From Sandaracinaceae bacterium (lineage in GTDB: Bacteria > Myxococcota_A > Polyangia > Polyangiales > JADJQN01): a DNA stretch of 32,873 nucleotides. The stretch is taken from positions 1-32,873 of the forward strand of contig CANKOL010000015.1 in assembly GCA_947483975.1 (NCBI GenBank). The letters run 5' to 3'. Shown piece after piece: positions 24,588-32,290 of the stretch. The notes below the pieces were generated by a model, which made no database searches, was not told where the DNA came from, and saw nothing but the letters and a program-made list of their open reading frames with translations. The translations under genes were made by a program, and so were the position numbers. The stretch's first letter is position 1; each line of letters opens with the position of its first letter.

Positions 24588-26132
24588 GTGCTCTCATCAT
24601 CATGTCGGTATTCGTTCGTCGCTGCGTGCCTGGTGCTCGCGCTCGGCTGCTCGTCGCCGCCGGCTGAGACGAGAGACGCCGGGACCGGGGGCGACGCTGA
24701 GCCGCTCGACGCCTGCACCGCGTGCCAACCGCGGTCCGTCGTCAGCGGCCACGCGACCTACGAAGACCTCGTGCCTGCGCCGGAGGGCCTCCCGCTGACG
24801 GGGCCTTCGTCGCCGATTCGCCGCGCGCTCGTCCGCTTGGTCGACGGGGCCGGCGCGGTGCTCGCGACGGGCGCGACCGATGACGAAGGCTCGTACAGCC
24901 TCGAGGTGAGCGGAGCGCTGCCGACAGACGCCGCGCTCGAGGTCGAGGCCACCCATCGCAGCGCCACGCTCGAGGCTCACGTCGTCACGACCGCCGACGC
25001 GCCCTACGTGCTGCGCGTGCCGGTCAGCGCCGCTGGCGTCATCGACGCACACGCGAGCGCCGATCCGGCGTCCGGGCGGCTGGCCGGGCCCTTCAACATC
25101 CTCGATCGAGTCCTCCTCGCTGACGACTTCGTGCACGCGCTCGATGGCGGCGCGGTCTTGCCGGTCTTCGTCGTGCGCTGGGAGCTTGGGGGCAGCGAGG
25201 GGACCGACGCCACGCTGCCGGAAGCCTCCGCGTTCGGCGACGCTTGCGTCGTGCGCCTCCTCGGGCGCGTCGACGTGGACGACGACGCGTTCGACGACAC
25301 GGTCATCTCTCACGAGCTCGGGCACTGTCTCGACATCGCCTTCTCGTCGTTCGGCCCACCCCCATGGCGCGGGCACGGGGGCGACATCGGGATCGATCCT
25401 TCGCTCGCGCTGACGGAGGGAGTGGCGACGTTCCTGGGGCTGTCGATGTCGGGCACTCCGCTGTACGTCGATACGCGCGGCCCGTCGGACGGCTTCGCGG
25501 CCGACCTCGAGAGTCCGGACGCGATCGAGCTCGGGCTGGATGGCGAGTTCGCGGTCGCGGCGGCGCTCTGGGACTTGGTCGACGCGCCCATGCCGGACGA
25601 CGATCCGTTCTCCATCCCGCTGTCGATGTTCTGGAGCGTCCTCACCGAGGATATCCACGACGGAGAGTACAAGTCAGTCCACACCTACCTCGACGCGTTC
25701 GTCGCGCGCGGCTTCGCGACTGACGCGGAGCTCGACGCTGCCTTCGGTGCTCGCTTCGAGCTTCATCGACCGGCCGATCCCACGTATCCGCTCGTCATGC
25801 TCGTGCCCGGCACGCCGGTGCTGGAGACCGTCGACGCGACGGTGGGAAGTCACCTCGACGTGCGCCCGCGCTCGGCGGCCATGGATCACTTCGGCATCAC
25901 GCTGAGCGCACGCACGCACGTCGTGCTGACGCTGACCATCACCGACACGACGAGCGACATCGACCTGTACCTTCAAGACGCCGATCGGCGCGGCATCACG
26001 ATGGCCGCCACCACCGGCCCCGGCGACGTCATCGACACCACGCTCGATCCGGGGAACTACGTGCTCGTCGCGTGGGCGTACGGCGATGTCGACCCCGCCG
26101 CGCGCTACGAGCTTGTGCTGACGACCCCCTGA
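24588..26132 (+). CDS. Zinc metalloprotease lipoprotein (HELGH) with C-terminal PPC-like domain
   Basis: GGAGGAG RBS at 24574-24580, GTG at 24588, lipobox LALGC. Contains a carboxypeptidase-regulatory-like strand GATDDEGSYSL, DDDAFDDTVISHELGH, a gluzincin-like ALTEGVATF, and PPC-like SDIDLYLQD...LDPGNYVLVA. Confidence 0.85.
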   Translation: MLSSSCRYSFVAACLVLALGCSSPPAETRDAGTGGDAEPLDACTACQPRSVVSGHATYEDLVPAPEGLPLTGPSSPIRRALVRLVDGAGAVLATGATDDEGSYSLEVSGALPTDAALEVEATHRSATLEAHVVTTADAPYVLRVPVSAAGVIDAHASADPASGRLAGPFNILDRVLLADDFVHALDGGAVLPVFVVRWELGGSEGTDATLPEASAFGDACVVRLLGRVDVDDDAFDDTVISHELGHCLDIAFSSFGPPPWRGHGGDIGIDPSLALTEGVATFLGLSMSGTPLYVDTRGPSDGFAADLESPDAIELGLDGEFAVAAALWDLVDAPMPDDDPFSIPLSMFWSVLTEDIHDGEYKSVHTYLDAFVARGFATDAELDAAFGARFELHRPADPTYPLVMLVPGTPVLETVDATVGSHLDVRPRSAAMDHFGITLSARTHVVLTLTITDTTSDIDLYLQDADRRGITMAATTGPGDVIDTTLDPGNYVLVAWAYGDVDPAARYELVLTTP

Positions 26133-26373
26133 GTGGCCGCGATCTCGCCGATTCGCGGAACTGCGATTCACCGCATCGACTCGACAAATCCTCTCGATCG
26201 CAGAGCAGTGCTCGCGGACGAGTGACGCGGCCGATGGATGGCAGATCCGGACGGGCGTTCCCATCTTCAAGCCGAGGCCGCGCTCGGGCGCCGGTGTATC
26301 CTGCCCTGTTGATCCCGCAGCCAACCGTCACGACCGACGCGCCATCGCGCGCGCGGGCACGCAGGAGAGCCCA

Positions 26374-26883
26374 GTGAGCTACGAAGAGAAGAGGGACCCG
26401 AGGCTCGGCCCGACCGTCATCGCCTACCCGCAGCCACCGGGCTTCGCCTGGCTGCTGGTGGGCCTCGGGGTTGCGCTCGCGCTGGTCGGCGCCGTGGGCG
26501 TGCCCATGGTCCTCGAGACCCTCGGCGTCGCGACGAGGCAGGCGGCCTCCGATCTGTGGACTGGCCTGTTCTTGGCGCTCGCGCTCATGCCCGGCGGCCT
26601 GGGCCTCCTCGTCTGGGGAGTGCTCGAGCGCGTGCGCAAGCCCGAGTGGCACCTCTGCGAACACGGCCTCGTCCGGCTGAGCACCGGCAAGGCGACGAAC
26701 CTCTTCTTCTGGAGGGACGTCGAGACCTTCAAGGTGGTGCGCGTGCTCCAACACGGCCGCGTCATCGGCTGCAACCTCCTGCTCGGGAAGAAGCGCATCT
26801 TCGCGCCGACCGAAGCGGTCGCGAATCGCGCCTACGAGCTCTGGGCGAAGGCGAACCCGACGAGGGTGCCGAGGGTGAGTTGA
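26374..26883 (+). CDS. Two-TM membrane protein with PH-like C-terminal region (169 aa)
   Basis: AGGAG RBS before the GTG; two hydrophobic helices, then WHLCEHGLVR...FFWRDV. Confidence 0.75.
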   Translation: MSYEEKRDPRLGPTVIAYPQPPGFAWLLVGLGVALALVGAVGVPMVLETLGVATRQAASDLWTGLFLALALMPGGLGLLVWGVLERVRKPEWHLCEHGLVRLSTGKATNLFFWRDVETFKVVRVLQHGRVIGCNLLLGKKRIFAPTEAVANRAYELWAKANPTRVPRVS

Positions 26884-27371
26884 CCGCCTTTGGCGGCCAC
26901 TTCATCGCCACGCGCGGCGCTGCGGGGACGCCGGCGAGCGGCCTCGAAGGGCCCGGAACGCTGACCGTCTCGCCTGCGGGCCTCACGTTCGCGGGCCACC
27001 GGCCCCGATGGGCGCTGATCCACGGCGCAGCCTTCGCGGTGGCGCTGCCGGTGACGGGCGTGGCGCTCATGGCCGCGATGACCCAGTGGGCTCACGCGAC
27101 CGGCGGACTCTTGCGCCCGTTCGTCGCGCTCGGCGCCGTCGTGCTCGTCAGCGTCTTCGTCGCCGTTCGGGCGCTCTTGCGGCGAGTCGTGCGCCCCGTC
27201 GCCTTGGAGACGACCGTCGGCTGGTCGTACGTGCTCTCGGCCCGCGCCGCGGGTCTCGAACGGATTGAGCTCGTGACGACAGCCCTGGAGGTCCAGGGGG
27301 TCACCGTCTTCGAGTCGACAGAGCGCGCTCGGCTCCTCGACGCGTACGCCGCCGCGAGAACGGTGCCGTAG
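26880..27371 (+). CDS. Two-TM hypothetical membrane protein (163 aa)
   Basis: TTG start overlaps the upstream TGA (TTGA); MTAFGGHF...GTLTVSPAGLTFAG, then two TM helices. Confidence 0.7.
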   Translation: MTAFGGHFIATRGAAGTPASGLEGPGTLTVSPAGLTFAGHRPRWALIHGAAFAVALPVTGVALMAAMTQWAHATGGLLRPFVALGAVVLVSVFVAVRALLRRVVRPVALETTVGWSYVLSARAAGLERIELVTTALEVQGVTVFESTERARLLDAYAAARTVP

Positions 27372-27404
27372 GGAGCCTGGCCTGCCACCGCGCGGCCGCT
27401 CCGA

Positions 27405-27429
27405 CATCACGGCGACGGTCGACGTGATG
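27405..27429. terminator. Inverted repeat between convergent genes (possible terminator or processing hairpin)
   Basis: CATCACG-G-CGAC-G-GTCG-A-CGTGATG; no U-tract. Confidence 0.3.
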
Positions 27430-27445
27430 GGCCCGGTCGCTCCGA

Positions 27446-27490
27446 AGCACCTCGACGATCAACGTCGGATTCGCGAGCACCTCATTGGGG
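27446..27490 (-). pseudogene. Short Uma2 (DUF820) endonuclease remnant
   Basis: Minus strand reads PNEVLANPTLIVEVL, matching the Uma2 hallmark NPxLIVEVLS. It is cut off immediately afterwards. Confidence 0.5.
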
Positions 27491-27898
27491 CTCCCCGCGC
27501 CGGGATCGTCCCGGCTGCCCCGGCGGAACGAGAGGGAGGACGGGCGGCTCGCCGTAGTGCGCACGACGTTCCGAGTTCGGGTCGAGCGGCGTCTCGGCCT
27601 CGACCTCGCGCAGGGTGGCGTCGAACAGAAGTGCCGCGCGCACCTCCACCGCGAGTGCGGCGATCACGGCGTCGCCCCGGCGAACCTCGAGCGCGTGACG
27701 CCCGGCGGCCAGCTCGACGACCAGCCCGTCGGCGAGTCCCTCGCGCGGATGTGCATCGATGAACAGCCGCCCATCGACGATCTCCGTGTGGATCCGAACT
27801 GCGCCGGTCGGCGCGGTCTGCAGCGATGAGCCACAGCCGAGCGCGAAGACGCTCAGCAGCGCGAAACGCAAACGTGTGACGACGAACGCTCGGGACAT
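27482..27898 (-). CDS. Small lipoprotein with PEGA-like domain (138 aa)
   Basis: MSRAFVVTRLRFALLSVFALGC lipobox; GAVRIHT...GRLFID...ELAAGRHALEVRRG resembles PEGA. Confidence 0.7.
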   Translation of the reverse strand: MSRAFVVTRLRFALLSVFALGCGSSLQTAPTGAVRIHTEIVDGRLFIDAHPREGLADGLVVELAAGRHALEVRRGDAVIAALAVEVRAALLFDATLREVEAETPLDPNSERRAHYGEPPVLPLVPPGQPGRSRRGEPQ

Positions 27899-28032
27899 GG
27901 GGAGAGCGTGCTCTTTCAGTGGAGGAAGTTTCCAGGTGAAAGGGCAGGAGCCCCGTTCAAACCTTGCGAGCGGAGTTCCCCCACACGGCTCACCGATGAG
28001 CGATTGGGACGCAGCACGACGCAGCCTCCGGG
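27897..28032 (-). mobile_element. Degenerate 3' fragment of a group II intron (end of RT ORF, domain V, domain VI)
   Basis: Minus strand GAGCCGTGTGGGGGAACTCCGCTCGCAAGGTTTGAACGGGG (from 27991) resembles domain V AGCCGTGTGCGGGAAAnCCGCACGCACGGTTTGAA.GGGG. It is followed by the hairpin TGCCCTTTCA...TGAAAGAGCA and a terminal CCAT. Upstream codons read RPEAA, resembling a recalled RT-ORF ending. Confidence 0.7.
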
Positions 28033-28071
28033 CGTGCCCATTGCCGGTTTCCACCCCCAAGGCAGCCCATC

Positions 28072-28176
28072 GACCGTCGGGAGGCGCTAGTCGCGCGCGA
28101 GCAGTCCCGCAAGGAGCGTCACCTCTTCGAACTCGACTCCCTGCTCGGCGTCTACGACGGGCGGCGCGCGGGAGGA
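28072..28176 (+). pseudogene. Internal fragment of a HipA-family toxin gene
   Basis: Reads DRREALVAREQSRKERHLFELDSLLGVYDGRRAGG, matching the HipA N-terminal segment RREA..AR.E.R..R.L.ESDYLLGVYD..RxGxLRF. Confidence 0.65.
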
Positions 28177-28262
28177 TACTCGCGGAGCGCGCGGAGCGGA
28201 ACGAGGTTCACGGCGGTCGTTGGCGTACAGAAAACGTGCGCCCCTGGACGCTCTCCGCGCGT

Positions 28263-28307
28263 GTCACAGCTTCTTGTCACAGCTCGTTGTCACAGCTCGT
28301 CACAGCT
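28263..28307 (+). repeat. GTCACAGCT direct repeat x4
   Basis: Copies at 28263, 28276, 28289 and 28299 (spacing 13, 13, 10). Confidence 0.85.
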
Positions 28308-28383
28308 TCGGCCCGCTCCACCGGAGCGGCGTCGCGAGAGGGCCGAGCGCAGGTGCTGAAGTACCTCTCGCCGTCATCGGCGA

Positions 28384-29691
28384 TCACGGCACATCCAGGA
28401 TTGCGTCGATGGGTATGAGAAACAATGTGGACTCGAAGCGACCGATGGCGCGGCGCCTTCCTGGCACACCGAGAACGCCATGCGCGACAAACGAAGGCAC
28501 TTGCGTGTCCCAGCCATCTGCCGGCAACGGAAGCTGCTTGCGGTGGCCGTCCGACAGTCGGACGAGCTCGGTCGGGTCGCCGCCGCTGTATGCGTACCAT
28601 CCATCGCCAACCGCTGTAACGAGCGGCTGTCGCGGCAAGAGGGTGACGAGCCGCGGCGCTAGCGCGAGGCGGTCGTTCGTGTACGGCGCCGTCCAAAGCT
28701 CCGTGCGCTCGTAGGTCGTGCCGGTGGGCGTTGGCCCGTACGACTGGTTCCACACCATGTCGACGCCGTCGGTCGCGAAGCCCTTGAGGTCGCTACCGTC
28801 GGGCGTGGCCAAGAACACCGCGCCCGGTGAGTCGACCGTGCCGTGATAGACGCTGACGAGAGAGCCGCTCGTCCAGTCCTCCCAGAAGACGTCACGACCG
28901 ACCAGGAAGGTCGCCTGAGGGATACCGAGGCCGCGAAGCACGCTCGAGCGAGCCTCTTCGTAGACCTCGATCTTCGACGCGTCCGCGAGGACTGCCAAGT
29001 ACGTAGATGAGGAGATCTCGAGCTGCTCCGCGGCGCTCGCGGAGGGCCGATTGACGCGCGTCACGGGCGGCCCCCACACGTTGGACGCCTCCTCGACGAG
29101 ATAGTGGCGCTCGTCGTAGTGGCTGGCATCGGTGTTCGTCCACGTCGTGAACACGGCTCGACCATCGCCCGAGTTCTCGAAACCGGTCGTACACGACACG
29201 GGCCCTGGCGCCCGTATGGCGAGCAGCGTTCGGTCGTGCGCAGCGAGCGCGACAATCCGTCCGTCCGCCGTCGCGCCGGGGAGCCCGACGAATACTCGCA
29301 TCTCGGGTCCGCGGAAGTTGGCACGGAGAAACACGCCCCGCGGCAGATCGAGCCGTTCGCAGCCCGCCGGCATCCCGGCCGGACACGACACCCACGAGGG
29401 CGTGTAGACCGCCTGCGGGTTGCGCGCGTACTCGATGACACACCCCGTCTCGTGCTCGGGCAGAGGCGTCCACTCAGGGTCAGGACCGGCGTCGGCGTCG
29501 AAGCCAGCGTCGACGATGGCGTCGCGCCCGGCATCGCGCGCGCCGCCGTCTCGACCAGCGTCGAACCCAGCGTCGAAGCCAGCGTCCTGCCCGGCGTCAC
29601 TCGGCGCGGTCGTGCCGCAAGCACCGCAGCCCGCGGCGAGCGCGCAGACGACGAGACCTGCGTAGCGGGTTAGAAACACAGGCGATCCCAT
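28384..29691 (-). CDS. Myxobacterial-type lipoprotein with DAG-repeat linker and probable beta-propeller (435 aa)
   Basis: ATG 29691 gives MGSPVFLTRYAGLVVCALAAGC. It has a DAGQDAGFDAGFDAGRDGG linker, then a beta-rich domain (FATDGVDMVW, ELWTAPYT). Confidence 0.85.
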   Translation of the reverse strand: MGSPVFLTRYAGLVVCALAAGCGACGTTAPSDAGQDAGFDAGFDAGRDGGARDAGRDAIVDAGFDADAGPDPEWTPLPEHETGCVIEYARNPQAVYTPSWVSCPAGMPAGCERLDLPRGVFLRANFRGPEMRVFVGLPGATADGRIVALAAHDRTLLAIRAPGPVSCTTGFENSGDGRAVFTTWTNTDASHYDERHYLVEEASNVWGPPVTRVNRPSASAAEQLEISSSTYLAVLADASKIEVYEEARSSVLRGLGIPQATFLVGRDVFWEDWTSGSLVSVYHGTVDSPGAVFLATPDGSDLKGFATDGVDMVWNQSYGPTPTGTTYERTELWTAPYTNDRLALAPRLVTLLPRQPLVTAVGDGWYAYSGGDPTELVRLSDGHRKQLPLPADGWDTQVPSFVAHGVLGVPGRRRAIGRFESTLFLIPIDAILDVP

Positions 29692-30062
29692 CGATGAGGC
29701 GGGGTCGGGAGTCGGCTCGCATCGTAATCGATCGCGCGCGGGCGATCGAGGCGATCGATCGTCATCACCGTCAGCCCGCTGGCGGTGCCGCGGGCCTGAC
29801 CGGCCGCGAGCGTCCCGCGGCCCGTCGCCAGACCCTCCGCGCGGAGACCACTCTCCGTGACCAGGAGGCGCACCACGACATGGCGCTCGTCGGCGCCAGC
29901 GACGAGGTAGAGCGAGCCGTCGCTTCCCGGGGCGAGCGCCCACACGGAACCATGCTCGAACCTGTCGTCGCGCGAGCGCTCGGTCCACGGCCGGCTGGTC
30001 ATCCGCGTGGATGGAGTCGTGCCAGAGCCTCGGATGCTTCAGGAGATGCTCGGTGGCGTGCG
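29670..30062 (-). pseudogene. Chimeric remnant: PAS-domain fragment joined to the C-terminal fragment of an unknown gene
   Basis: About 30060-29970 reads EHLLKHPRLWHDSIHADDQPAVDRALAR (PAS_3-like W...IHxDD...V) with a stop just upstream. A different frame then carries coding-like DDRFEHGSVWALAPGSDGSLYLVA...WDRLCF*. Confidence 0.45.
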
Positions 30063-30317
30063 GTCCTCAGCGACGCGCGCCCTGACTTTCGGGCGATTTT
30101 CACGCGCCGGACGCACGCCTCCCTGGCCGCGCTCTGCGCAGCCGCTCAACCCACCGAGGTCACCCGAGGCGGCCTCACCCGAACGCGAGCCGCAGCTGCC
30201 CGTGCGCGCGCAGCTCGGCGCGAGGCGGCGCTCGCGACTGCGCGCCCCGCGCGTCCTGCCGCACACGCTCGTCAGCCCTCGCCGAGCAACGACCGTCAGC
30301 GGTGATATGGTCGGTCC

Positions 30318-30530
30318 ATGGGCACCGACGACGCTCGCAACGCACGCGCGCTCGCTCGCGCGGGCCGGTTTCAGCTGGGGGGCGCGGAGGCGTCGACGCA
30401 GACCGCGACCGAGTGCGTCGCCCTCTGCACAACGCTCTCGCGGTGGGCGCACGAGCTGAGCGGGCAGCCCTTCCCGTCGTACGAGCGCGCGGCGATGCCG
30501 GTGGCTCGGTCGACGACGCGAGGGCGCTGA
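30318..30530 (+). CDS. Small hypothetical protein (70 aa), putative partner of the downstream nucleotidyltransferase
   Basis: MGTDDARNARALAR...LSRWAHELSGQPFPSYERAAMPV; its TGA overlaps the next ATG (TGATG). Confidence 0.7.
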   Translation: MGTDDARNARALARAGRFQLGGAEASTQTATECVALCTTLSRWAHELSGQPFPSYERAAMPVARSTTRGR

Positions 30531-31132
30531 TGGAGTTCTTCGACGACTTCCGCGATATGCTCGTCGCGCTCGCCGATGCGGGCGCCGACTTCGTGGTGGT
30601 CGGCGGCCACGCGCTCGCGTTTCACGGGCACCCGCGCGCGACGAAGGACCTCGACATCCTAGTCCGCCCGAGTGAGGAGAACGCGCCCCGCGTGCTCGCG
30701 GCGCTTGCTGCCTTCGGCGCGCCGATTCGGCAGCTCGGCATCGGCCTCGACGACTTCCTGCGACCCAGCGTCGTCGTGCAGCTCGGGCTGCCGCCCATAC
30801 GCATCGACCTGTTGACCGCGATCGACGGGCTCGACTTCGACGGGGCCCTTCGCGAGCACGGCACGCTCGCGCTCGACGGCCGCCGCATCCCCGTGATCGG
30901 CCTCGCCGCCTTCCTCACGAACAAGCGCGCCGCAGGGCGACCGCAGGACCTCGCGGATGTCGCCGCGCTCGAGGGGGAGCGCTCCGAGGAAGCGACGCGC
31001 GCAGCGTATGCCGCGCAACCCGACTCGCTCGCTGGCGGCGCGCTCGCCCCGAGCACCTGGGAGCCGTCAACGCCCGCTCGTGCGCAGTCCGCGCCGGCCA
31101 AGTCCCGCGCCCCGCGGAAGCGCAAGCGATGA
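30530..31132 (+). CDS. Nucleotidyltransferase (DUF6036/AbiEii-like fold), 200 aa
   Basis: FVVVGGHALAFHGHPRATKDLDILV (GG...DxD), RIDLL and NKRAAGRPQDLADVAALE, followed by an atypical ~50-aa tail. Confidence 0.9.
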   Translation: MEFFDDFRDMLVALADAGADFVVVGGHALAFHGHPRATKDLDILVRPSEENAPRVLAALAAFGAPIRQLGIGLDDFLRPSVVVQLGLPPIRIDLLTAIDGLDFDGALREHGTLALDGRRIPVIGLAAFLTNKRAAGRPQDLADVAALEGERSEEATRAAYAAQPDSLAGGALAPSTWEPSTPARAQSAPAKSRAPRKRKR

Positions 31133-31160
31133 AGCAGGTCGAGCTCTGGTGGGCCTCGCC
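31129..31160 (+). pseudogene. Possible 5' stub of a PemK/MazF toxin gene
   Basis: ATG overlaps the upstream TGA (ATGA). It reads MKQVELWWAS (cf. MxxxEIWWAxL) and then loses similarity. Confidence 0.4.
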
Positions 31161-31213
31161 GCGAGGCCGATTACCCAGCGTCGAGGCGCTGCGCTTGAAG
31201 CCGCCCGCCGCGC

Positions 31214-31807
31214 CTACAAATCGCGGCGCCCTTGGAACGCGCGGCCGAGCGTCACCTGGTCGGTGAACTCGAGCTCGCCGCCGTGCGGGACGCCGCTCGC
31301 GATGCGGCTCACCTTGAGGCCGAGCGGGCGCAGCACCTCGGCGAGGTAGAGCGCCGTCGCCTCGCCCTCGACGCTGAGCGGCGTCGCGACGATGACCTCG
31401 CGGACGCCGTCCTCGGACACGCGCCGCAGGAGCGCCTCCATCGGGAGCTGCTCGGGGCCGACGCCGTCGAGCGGGGCGAGCAGGCCGTGCAAGACGAAGT
31501 AGCGCCCGCGGAACGAGCCGCTGCGCTCGATCGCCGCGAGGTCGGGCACGCGCGCGACGGCGCAGACGATGGTCGGATCGCGCCGCGGGTCGGTGCAGAT
31601 GGCGCAGCGCTCGTCGGCGCCGTAGTTGCCGCAGGAGACGCAGCGCCGCACGCGGTCGTGGATCGACGCGAGCGACGCGCCGAGCGCGCGCGCGTAGTCG
31701 GGCTCGCCGCCGAGGACGTGAAACGCGAGGCGCGTCGCCGTGCGCTCACCGATGCCCGGCAAGCGAGCGAGCAGGCGTACGAGCTCGTCGAGCGGAGAGG
31801 CGGCCAT
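31214..31807 (-). CDS. recR: Recombination mediator RecR
   Basis: HhH motif LPGIGERTATRLAFH; C4 zinc finger CVSC...CAIC; Toprim motifs YFVLHGLLAPLDGVGP, EGEATA and SRIASGVPHGGELEF. Confidence 0.98.
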   Translation of the reverse strand: MAASPLDELVRLLARLPGIGERTATRLAFHVLGGEPDYARALGASLASIHDRVRRCVSCGNYGADERCAICTDPRRDPTIVCAVARVPDLAAIERSGSFRGRYFVLHGLLAPLDGVGPEQLPMEALLRRVSEDGVREVIVATPLSVEGEATALYLAEVLRPLGLKVSRIASGVPHGGELEFTDQVTLGRAFQGRRDL

Positions 31808-31856
31808 CGCGTCGTCGTCGAGCGCGGCGCACCCCGCGAGGAGGTGCGCCCGCGTC

Positions 31857-32177
31857 TCAGGTGAGCCCGGGGATCTTCATCCCGCCGGTGATCTTCTCGA
31901 GCTCGGCGTCGACCATCTCCTGCGCCTTCTGCAAGGCGGCGTTGGAGGCGGCGACGATCAGGTCCTGCACCATGCCGAGGTCCTCGCCCTTGAGGAGCTC
32001 AGGCGCGATCTCGATGGAGACGAGCTCACGCCCGCCGTTCGCGACGACCTTCACTTGGTCGTTGCCGGCGCTCGCGGACACGGTCTCCGTCTTCAGCTCG
32101 ACCTTGCGCTGCTCGATCTTGCGCTGGAGGCGCGACGCCTGGCGCATCAGCTCGCTCATTCCGCCACGAAACTGCAT
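31857..32177 (-). CDS. ybaB: YbaB/EbfC nucleoid-associated protein (106 aa)
   Basis: GAGGAG RBS, ATG 32177; MSELMRQA..LQ, SAGNDQVKVVANG, DLIVAASNAAL and ITGGMKIPGL; located between dnaX and recR. Confidence 0.96.
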   Translation of the reverse strand: MQFRGGMSELMRQASRLQRKIEQRKVELKTETVSASAGNDQVKVVANGGRELVSIEIAPELLKGEDLGMVQDLIVAASNAALQKAQEMVDAELEKITGGMKIPGLT

Positions 32178-32232
32178 TCGGCTCTCCTCGAAGTAGGGCG
32201 ACGGTTGTAACGCGTTCTGCGCGATTGTGCAG

Positions 32233-32271
32233 GCCCTCAATCAGCCTCCGGGCGACTGATTCGCGGAGGGC
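32233..32271. other. Intergenic hairpin between dnaX and ybaB
   Basis: GCCCTC-AATCAG...CTGATT-CGCG-GAGGGC inverted repeat. Confidence 0.35.
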
Positions 32272-32290
32272 TGCGCGGCTCGAGCGCGCT

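Noticed and set aside
27900..28060. 6S RNA or RNase P RNA
   Set aside because: GGAGGAAGTTTCC only loosely resembles the RNase P GAGGAAAGTCC motif and the 3' conserved motif is absent. The group II domain V/VI reading on the minus strand fits better.
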